Below, piece by piece: positions 57,972 through 64,000 of a DNA stretch of 64,000 bases (its first letter is position 1; each line of letters starts with the position of its first letter). Origin of the DNA: Candidatus Nomurabacteria bacterium (lineage in GTDB: Bacteria; Patescibacteriota; Minisyncoccia; Phycocordibacterales; UBA5272); the NCBI GenBank assembly GCA_028286645.1, contig JAQBRF010000002.1, forward strand, positions 122,518-186,517, in the 5' to 3' direction. The notes under the pieces are model-generated. The model saw nothing but the letters and a program-made list of their open reading frames with translations. It searched no databases and was not told the origin of the DNA. Made by a program: the position numbers and the translations under genes.

Positions 57972-58223
57972 GACGATCCACAATTTAAGATTCATGATTT
58001 ATGAATGGGGTGTATTAATATTCTTAATTCTTTAATCCTGAATCGTAAATCATTAAAAATTGACAAATCTTTAATCTATTATGTCTCTACTTGCTAAAAA
58101 ACCCAAGCGGGATATAATGATTTTATCCTTTCGTGGGCTATTAACAGCTTGCGAGGAAATTAATAAATTAATTTTTCTAATGTCGGCCGCTCAGAAAAAA
58201 CGACATTATAAATATATAACTCT

Positions 58224-58496
58224 ATGAACAAAGCTAGTCTCGTTGACGCAGTAAACCAAGTGCTTGGGTCAACAAAGGTACAGGCCGAAGAAGTGGTAGA
58301 TACAGTCTTTGGTACTATTACCAAAGCTCTCTCACAAGGAGATGAAGTAGCTATTGCAGGCCTTGGAAAGTTTACAGTGAAAATGCGAAAGGCAAGAGAT
58401 GCTCGCAATCCAAAAACTGGTGAAACTGTTAAAGTTCCAGCAATGAAGGTGCCGAAGTTCTCAGCAGCAAAAGCCCTTAAGGATGCAGTTAAGTAA
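58224..58496 (+). CDS. hup: DNA-binding protein HU
   Basis: MNKASLVDAVN...GDEVAIAGLGKFTVKMRKARDARNPKTGETVKVPAMKVPKFSAAKALKDAV is a canonical HU/IHF fold sequence. Confidence 0.9.
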   Translation: MNKASLVDAVNQVLGSTKVQAEEVVDTVFGTITKALSQGDEVAIAGLGKFTVKMRKARDARNPKTGETVKVPAMKVPKFSAAKALKDAVK

Positions 58497-58515
58497 TTAA
58501 TTTCCTTCTTAAAAT

Positions 58516-58546
58516 AAAAACCATCCCTACGGATGGTTTTTGTTTT
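58516..58546 (+). terminator. Rho-independent terminator after hup
   Basis: aaaaaccatcc ctac ggatggttttt followed by GTTTT. Confidence 0.65.
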
Positions 58547-58808
58547 AATGGATAGTTATTTGGTGATCTTTTGGGTCACCTCCCGAAGCTCTAATCTCCT
58601 CTTCAAGTTCCTTTCTTCTTGCGGCATCTTTTACCCATTCCTCTTGCCCGCTTAAGTCTCCTTCCTTTATCTTGGCGTATAATCCATGCATCTTTCTTAA
58701 TAAAGTCTGGTACTCATAAATCAAAGCAGGAGCAGGCTCTTGGGGGTTTTCATCCAACCAAAATGCGTTCTCCCCCTTCTCTCTTTCTCTTTTGCCAGGC
58801 TGTTCCAT
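58545..58808 (-). CDS. Hypothetical protein (87 aa), charged
   Basis: ORF track only. Confidence 0.35.
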   Translation of the reverse strand: MEQPGKREREKGENAFWLDENPQEPAPALIYEYQTLLRKMHGLYAKIKEGDLSGQEEWVKDAARRKELEEEIRASGGDPKDHQITIH

Positions 58809-58826
58809 GCCCTTAGTATAGCAATG

Positions 58827-59231
58827 TTAGGAAATATCTTTTAAAATCAATTCCTTTATTTTCTCTGGGTATAAATTTATTTGTTTCATGTGTGCAAGCG
58901 GAATCCATACAGGTGTATAAGGAGATGTGTCGTCTCTTTTCGCAGGCGCTCCGAATTTATAATCACAGATATAACAGTCATCCTCGACCCCTTCTCCTTC
59001 GGAGATATCGTCACTACTTAAAAATAGATCTCTAATAGAAACGTTTACGCAGGTGTCTTTTTCAAATTCGCGAGTAAGCGCTGCTTCTATGCTTTCGTCC
59101 TCGGACGCCCTCCCCCCTGGTAATACAAAATGTTCTGCTTTGCCATTTGATGCGGGAACATGGATTAATAGTATATTCCCCTCATTAATGCATATCCCCC
59201 GGACAATAACCTTTTTTTGCTCGTCCATCAT
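58827..59231 (-). CDS. NUDIX hydrolase
   Basis: GGRASEDESIEAALTREFEKDT is a Nudix box (GX5EX7REUXEEXGU). Confidence 0.75.
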   Translation of the reverse strand: MMDEQKKVIVRGICINEGNILLIHVPASNGKAEHFVLPGGRASEDESIEAALTREFEKDTCVNVSIRDLFLSSDDISEGEGVEDDCYICDYKFGAPAKRDDTSPYTPVWIPLAHMKQINLYPEKIKELILKDIS

Positions 59232-59241
59232 TGTAATTTAA

Positions 59242-59556
59242 GTGTACTCTGTAGGGAGAAAGGTGCAAGGAGGGTTATTGACGTGGATGTGGGAATGCGG
59301 TAGGTTTAGGGAGAAGAGTACCCAGGAGGACGCAATGAACCAATACATTTCAGAACCAGGAAAACCAGATGAGAGCATCGAATTGACCAGTATGGGTTGC
59401 CTGAAAGATGGAAGTCGTAGTGAGATCTGGTCAGGCAGTAACGGAAAGTTCTACAAGACCGATGAACACAACGGAGAAACCACTTTTTGGAGAAGCTGGT
59501 ATTGCATCCCCAAAGATGATGTCGCGGGTTATGTGGAGAAATTAAAACAAAAGTAA
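59242..59556 (+). CDS. Hypothetical protein, GC-rich (likely start at the internal Met MNQYISEPG)
   Basis: ORF track. Elevated GC content. No recognised domain. Confidence 0.3.
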   Translation: MYSVGRKVQGGLLTWMWECGRFREKSTQEDAMNQYISEPGKPDESIELTSMGCLKDGSRSEIWSGSNGKFYKTDEHNGETTFWRSWYCIPKDDVAGYVEKLKQK

Positions 59557-59852
59557 TAACATCTCTCCAGTTTCAAAAACCTTTTCATAAGGCCTTGGGT
59601 AAACCAAGGATTTTTTATTTTAATTCTAAGATCATCCACACTGGGAATAGGAATTGCAGGACAGAGTAAGGGAATCTCTGACAAATAAATTCCTCTCTCT
59701 ACTGATTTAATGTGCAAGAGACGCCTCGCTATCTCACAACCTTCATTCGCTGCACTCATTCCGGTTTTAGAAGCCCCTCGGTTTCTAACGTTCGCAAGCT
59801 CACTGTTTTCCGCCACGGAAAAACTTCCGTTTTCCCGACCCCTTTCCCTGTT

Positions 59853-59873
59853 CGATTCCCTTACTTCCATACT
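59853..59873 (+). repeat. Inverted partial copy of the tRNA-Gly 3' end (ctgTTCGATTCCCTTACttcc)
   Basis: 14-bp inverted repeat with the T-arm/acceptor region of the minus-strand tRNA-Gly(UCC) at 59928-59941. Palindromic hairpin at 59886-59912 lies between them. Confidence 0.5.
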
Positions 59874-59920
59874 AGAAAATATAAAAGTCCTGACATGAAG
59901 TCAGGACTTTTATATTTTTG

Positions 59921-59991
59921 TGCGGCGTAAGGGAATCGAACCCTTGTCCCCTGCTTGGAAGGCAGGTATTCTACCACTAAACCAACACCGC
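59921..59991 (-). tRNA. tRNA-Gly (anticodon UCC)
   Basis: Acceptor gcggtgt/acgccgc. Anticodon stem cctgc/gcagg with loop cuUCCaa. T-arm aaggg TTCGATT ccctt. 71 nt. Confidence 0.85.
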
Positions 59992-60324
59992 TTGCTCAGA
60001 CACTCTATCATATTTTTATTTCATTTTCTAGACTACTAGATAATTTAAGATCATAAGTACTACTATTAGTACCCCAAGAGATAAAAGCTTGTTTTTCCAA
60101 ACAATCAAAAAAAAGTCTTTAAACATAAGCATTAATATTGAATATACTGTTCCCATAATATGTAGACGATTTGGAAGATGAAATATTTAGTACTTTGTGC
60201 AGAGAGTTTCTCCAACAAATAAACTTTTACCGTGTAAAAGTTTTTTGCTTTGGCCTCACGGCATGATTTACTAATCAGCCGACGCTCGCGATTTCTAATG
60301 CTTTAGAAATAATGCTCCGCCCTT

Positions 60325-60345
60325 CGAATCCCTGACGCAAGGCAA
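60325..60345 (+). repeat. Inverted partial copy of the tRNA-Pro 3' region (cccTTCGAATCCCTGacgc)
   Basis: 12-bp identity with the T-arm of the minus-strand tRNA-Pro. Palindromic hairpin gcaaaatagcc cttta ggctattttgc at 60375-60401 lies between. Confidence 0.45.
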
Positions 60346-60407
60346 GCAGATTCCTTGCTCACCCCTCCTTCAAAGCAAAATAGCCCTTTAGGCTATTTTG
60401 CTTTCAG

Positions 60408-60480
60408 TCGGAGTGCAGGGATTCGAACCCTGAGTCACCTGGTCCCAAACCAGGTATGTTAGCCGTTACACCACACTCCG
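60408..60480 (-). tRNA. tRNA-Pro (anticodon UGG)
   Basis: Acceptor cggagtg/cactccg. Anticodon stem cctgg/ccagg with loop uuUGGga. T-arm caggg TTCGAAT ccctg. 73 nt. Confidence 0.85.
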
Positions 60481-60614
60481 ATATTCTACTAATTTCATCA
60501 TCAGAAAATATTGAGAAGACAGAAACGAGCTATCCCGTACTGTTTTCTTACAAACCCTCTGAATACTTCAAACGTATTTGGTATTCTAGCACACTTCCCT
60601 CTTTCTGCATTCCC

Positions 60615-61004
60615 CTATTCACTATGGATATTCTCAATTAATTTAACTTTTGCTTCCCTTGTTTCTGGATTTATGTAAACACAAGCTAAATCTATTTGAT
60701 ATTTTGTTTCATGAGAAACGTTTTGATGGTTTAGGTAAACTTCTATACTTACTTTTAGTTTTGCTAGTTTACTGGATGTTAGGTTATCCTCCGGTCGGAC
60801 GCCTAACTTGTCTAAATTATCAAAGCTTCTGACTTTTATACTCTTTACCTCTATAAAACGCATTCTAGTGTCCTTTTTAGTGATAATGTCTAACTCCCCG
60901 TATCTGGTTAAGTAATTTGTGCCTAAAATAGAAAAACCCTGTTTCATAAGAAACGCTTTGGCTATAGATTCACCTATTTTGCCTACATCATTGTGTTCTG
61001 CCAT
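60615..61004 (-). CDS. yraN: YraN family (UPF0102) endonuclease-like protein
   Basis: GKIGESIAKAFLMKQGFSILGTNYLTRYGELDIITKKDTRMRFIEVK matches the YraN pattern GExxAxxxLxxxGxxIL..N.R...GEIDII.....LVFVEVK. Confidence 0.8.
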   Translation of the reverse strand: MAEHNDVGKIGESIAKAFLMKQGFSILGTNYLTRYGELDIITKKDTRMRFIEVKSIKVRSFDNLDKLGVRPEDNLTSSKLAKLKVSIEVYLNHQNVSHETKYQIDLACVYINPETREAKVKLIENIHSE

Positions 61005-61395
61005 GTTGTTTCACGTGAAACGTTTGTCTTTATTTTCCTTTATAATTAATGACCCTGACCTTTTATAAAACCGTTATATATCAATGCTATTTTACAATTA
61101 AAGCCACCATTTGTACAATGTGCCCTCTAGGTACTTTACTGTCTCTTATGCACACAACCCACAGGTTTATCCACAGTTAACAAATCTGTCTCTTGGTGTC
61201 GATTTGTTTTGAGAACCTCTCGGTTCTCAACGCTATGCTCTCTCCTCCACGGAAAACCCATATGTGCTTGGTTTTCCGACCCTTTCCGAGCCTTCCCGAA
61301 TTCTTCAAGTTGCTGGTATTCGGGAATAGTCTAGAGGAGGGGACAGCCCTTTAAATTTCCCTTATTTTATTGCTCATGTTAGAATTTAAGCCAAT

Positions 61396-61466
61396 GCGGT
61401 GTTGGTTTAGTGGTAGAACACGTCCTTGCCAAGGATGAGACAGGAGTTCGATTCTCCTACGCCGCA
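61396..61466 (+). tRNA. tRNA-Gly (anticodon GCC)
   Basis: Acceptor gcggtgt/acgccgc. Anticodon stem cgtcc/ggatg (one G-U pair) with loop uuGCCaa. T-arm aggag TTCGATT ctcct. 71 nt. Confidence 0.85.
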
Positions 61467-61513
61467 CAAAAAGCGAAAGCTATTGAGCTTTTTGTGCGGC
61501 GTAAGCGACTGAA
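61450..61513. repeat. Inverted repeat formed by the tRNA-Gly(GCC) 3' end and a decayed inverted tRNA-Gly 3' copy
   Basis: TACGCCGCACAAAAAGC gaaagctattga GCTTTTTGTGCGGCGTA is a 17-bp perfect inverted repeat. It continues ...agcgactgaactgc, which resembles the reverse complement of a gttcgattccctt T-arm. Confidence 0.5.
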
Positions 61514-61711
61514 CTGCTTCAGTTGCGTGGAGGAATCGAAGGCCGCAGCCATGTTTTTCTAGCATGAAAAACGGGCGAGGGGCGGGCTGCAAACCACAAG
61601 CACGGCGGTGCGAAGTGGACTTGTAGCCGATTCTACCTATTGTTTCTAATAGTTAGGGAAGAGCTCCGTCGTCAATCAGCATTCCATGTTAATATAAGCA
61701 TTATAAGTCAA

Positions 61712-61783
61712 GCTTCCATGGTGAAATGGATATCACAACGGTCTTCGGAACCGTCGTTCCAGGTTCGAGTCCTGGTGGGAGCA
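61712..61783 (+). tRNA. tRNA-Arg (anticodon UCG)
   Basis: Acceptor gcttcca/tgggagc (one G-U pair). D-arm gtga aatggata tcac. Anticodon stem acggt/accgt with loop cuUCGga. T-arm ccagg TTCGAGT cctgg. 72 nt. Confidence 0.85.
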
Positions 61784-61800
61784 CAACATTTAGCATCTTC

Positions 61801-63306
61801 ATGCCACAAATACAGGAAATTAATAGCATCAACATACCCAAAGAAGTAAGAATGGCTCTTGCTGTGCTTCAAAATGCCTCTTTCGAGGCGTTTCTGGTAG
61901 GGGGGTGTGTAAGAGATCTTTTCTTAGGAGTAAAGCCTAATGACTGGGACATTACTACGACAGCCACCCCAGAAGAGATTATAGAGTTATTCCCTAAGAC
62001 TTTTTATGAAAATAACTACGGAACGGTAGGGATAGTAACCTGCGGGGAAGAATTAGGTACCATTTGCAGTGATGAGAGTGTGAAAATAGTAGAAGTTACT
62101 CCTTATAGATTAGAGTCGGATTACTCTGATAATAGACATCCAGACGCAGTGTCATGGAGTAAAAACATAGAAGACGATTTAAGCCGGAGAGACTTCACAG
62201 TAAATGCCATTGCATATAATCCCGCAACGGGGGAGGTGATAGACCCATTTGAGGGCATAAAAGACATAAAGGACAGACTAATTAAATGTGTAGGAAGTGC
62301 TGACAAAAGATTTAATGAAGACGCGCTCAGACTAATGAGAGCTATCCGGCTAGCTAGCCAACTAGATTTTGATATTGATGCCGTTACACGTGAAAGCATA
62401 GAGAAAAATGCTAATTTACTTGTTAATGTTTCACGTGAAAGGGTGCGAGATGAGTTCACCAAGCTTATAATGACGGATTTTCCTATGAGAGGGCTTTCTT
62501 TAATGAAAGAAACTGAGCTTTTAGAGTATGTAGTGCCAGAACTTCTTGAAGGAGTGGGGATTGAGCAGAATCAAGCCCATTCATTTGATGTTTGGGAGCA
62601 TAATTTACGAACTTTACAGCATTCTGCAGATAAAAAGTGGCCGTTACACGTGAGACTCTCTGCTATCTTCCATGATATTTCCAAACCAGAGACCAGAAGG
62701 TATTCAAAAGAAAAGAATGACTATACATTTTATGGACACGATGTAGTAGGCGGACGCGTAGCCCGACAAATCATGGAAAGACTTCGTTTTCCTAAGGAGT
62801 TAACGGAAAAAGTATCGATGTTTGTTCGATGGCATATGTTTTTTAGCGATACAGAGCAAATAACTATTTCCGCAGTAAGAAGACTTATAACTAACGTGGG
62901 TAAAGAAAATATATGGGATTTGATCAATCTCCGCATTTGCGACCGCATAGGAACTGGGCGACCCAAGGAAGAGCCGTATAGATTAAGGATGTATGAATCA
63001 ATGGTGGAGCAGGCCCTCCAAGATCCTGTAACTTTAAAAATGCTTAAAACTAATGGGAAACGCATCATGGACGTTACACGGGAAACGCCGGGACCTAAGG
63101 TTGGGTATGCACTTCACGCATTATTTGATGAAGTTTTGGAAGATCCGAGCAAAAACGAAGAGAAATATTTAAATAATAGAGCCATTGAGCTTATGAAGCT
63201 ATCAATCGAGGAGTTAAAAAAGAAAGCAGATTTAGGAAAACAGGGGATGGAAGAGAAAAATGTAGAGCAAGTTAAGAAAATCAGATCGAAGTTTAAAGTA
63301 AAATAG
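61801..63306 (+). CDS. cca: CCA-adding tRNA nucleotidyltransferase / poly(A) polymerase family with a C-terminal HD domain
   Basis: Head domain GGCVRDLFLG...DWDI. RRDFTVNA. HD domain (HSFDVWEHNLRT...HDISKP). Start set at ATG 61801 because tracked ORF 61726..63306 overlaps tRNA-Arg. Confidence 0.85.
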   Translation: MPQIQEINSINIPKEVRMALAVLQNASFEAFLVGGCVRDLFLGVKPNDWDITTTATPEEIIELFPKTFYENNYGTVGIVTCGEELGTICSDESVKIVEVTPYRLESDYSDNRHPDAVSWSKNIEDDLSRRDFTVNAIAYNPATGEVIDPFEGIKDIKDRLIKCVGSADKRFNEDALRLMRAIRLASQLDFDIDAVTRESIEKNANLLVNVSRERVRDEFTKLIMTDFPMRGLSLMKETELLEYVVPELLEGVGIEQNQAHSFDVWEHNLRTLQHSADKKWPLHVRLSAIFHDISKPETRRYSKEKNDYTFYGHDVVGGRVARQIMERLRFPKELTEKVSMFVRWHMFFSDTEQITISAVRRLITNVGKENIWDLINLRICDRIGTGRPKEEPYRLRMYESMVEQALQDPVTLKMLKTNGKRIMDVTRETPGPKVGYALHALFDEVLEDPSKNEEKYLNNRAIELMKLSIEELKKKADLGKQGMEEKNVEQVKKIRSKFKVK

Positions 63307-63338
63307 TGTGTACTCTAAAAGACATAGAATATATAAGG

Positions 63339-63428
63339 TTTTATTTCTGTCCTTTATAAAGGACAGAAATAAAAATGTAACGTTGCTGGTATACCTTGTA
63401 GTAATATAAATTTACTACAAGGTATACT
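63339..63428. terminator. Two consecutive long perfect palindromes (17-bp and 16-bp stems) between cca and recJ
   Basis: First: tttatttctgtccttta taaaggacagaaataaa. Second: gtataccttgtagtaa tataaa tttactacaaggtatac. Confidence 0.5.
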
Positions 63429-64000
63429 GGCTCACATGTCGCAATTTAAGGTAGCTTCAGAATATTCAAATGAAGAATTAAAGAAAATGTTTGATGGACT
63501 AGATGTTCATCCTCTTACGCTTGGGCTTTTAGCAAATAGGGGGGTAAAAACAAAAGAAGACGCAGAAAAGTTTCTGAATCCTTCATATGAAAGAGATATT
63601 GGAGATCCGTTTTTAATTCATGGAGTAAAGAAAGCGGTGGAAAGAATAGTGAAAGCGATAGAAAATGAGGAGAAGATAGCAATTTATAGTGATTATGATT
63701 GCGACGGGATACCGGGCGGAGTACTTCTTCGGACTTTCTTTGATGATATAGGTTATCCGGTACAAATGTACATACCGCACAGGCATAATGAAGGATATGG
63801 AGTTCATAATCACGCGATAGATTCACTGAAAGAAAAAGGGGTTACTCTTGTTATTACGGTAGACCTGGCCATCACAAATATAGATGAAGTCGCATATGCT
63901 AGAGATATGGGAATAGATTTTATAGTTACTGATCACCATTTGCCGATAACTAAAATAGGGGCCAAAGATAAGAAATTGGGAACCATTAATACAGTACAAA
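63426..64000 (+). CDS. recJ: Single-stranded-DNA-specific exonuclease RecJ (DHH family), N-terminal part; runs off the window
   Basis: IAIYSDYDCDGIPGG (DHH motif I). VITVDLAI (motif II). FIVTDHHLP (motif III, DHH). No stop codon before position 64000. Confidence 0.8.

Noticed and set aside
60001-60330. ORF-free 330 bp between tRNA-Gly(UCC) and tRNA-Pro considered as an ncRNA gene
   Set aside because: No recognisable conserved RNA motif and no terminator in a consistent orientation. Left unannotated.
42455-61171. DnaA boxes considered as a replication origin
   Set aside because: Only single isolated boxes. No cluster, no AT-rich unwinding element, and no adjacent dnaA or dnaN.
61530-61640. 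Possible additional tRNA or pseudo-tRNA between tRNA-Gly(GCC) and tRNA-Arg
   Set aside because: It contains a TTCGATT-like box, but the flanking stems do not pair into a cloverleaf. It is better explained as a decayed tRNA 3' fragment.
61726-61800. Annotated start of the cca ORF at 61726
   Set aside because: It overlaps tRNA-Arg(UCG) at 61712-61783. The start was moved to the in-frame ATG at 61801.

Overview
This is a low-GC (about 38%) bacterial chromosome segment that looks like a reduced-genome organism, plausibly CPR/Patescibacteria-like: trigger factor lacks its PPIase domain, many genes are hypothetical, and Shine-Dalgarno sites are often weak. The taxon is an inference, not a database result.

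The housekeeping backbone includes ksgA, uvrD/pcrA, comM, rpsO, a Xer-type recombinase, xth, pgk, tpiA, nusA, ppa, tig, rsmE, clpP, rny, hup, yraN, cca and a partial recJ. There are four tRNA genes: Gly-UCC, Pro-UGG, Gly-GCC and Arg-UCG.

The most striking feature is an expansion of ten LivK/PBP1-type membrane-anchored substrate-binding proteins. Eight sit next to their own divergently transcribed TrmB-family or winged-helix regulator. Only one LivH/LivM/LivG/LivF transporter core is present.

Several short segments of 50-60% GC look horizontally acquired:
- 16.6-17.5 kb: three small proteins beside the Xer recombinase.
- 29.2-30.6 kb: an unknown protein plus a 2H phosphoesterase.
- 34.0-34.9 kb: an inositol monophosphatase.
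- 42.8-43.1 kb: a small membrane protein.
- 45.7-46.5 kb: a Mu Gam-like protein.
- 52.4-53.0 kb and 59.2-59.6 kb: hypothetical proteins.

A homopolymer-frameshifted GIY-YIG nuclease gene is flanked by short terminal inverted repeats with core CCCCACACCAAA. The same inverted repeat pair occurs as an empty site at 14.4 kb.

Other notable points:
- A 1013-aa highly charged single-pass membrane protein with a 96-aa acidic partner.
- A bacterial SET-domain protein.
- A His-rich insertion in the truncated trigger factor.
- Inverted partial tRNA 3' copies next to three tRNA genes.
- Several recurring intergenic sequence motifs.

No CRISPR array or rRNA gene was found.
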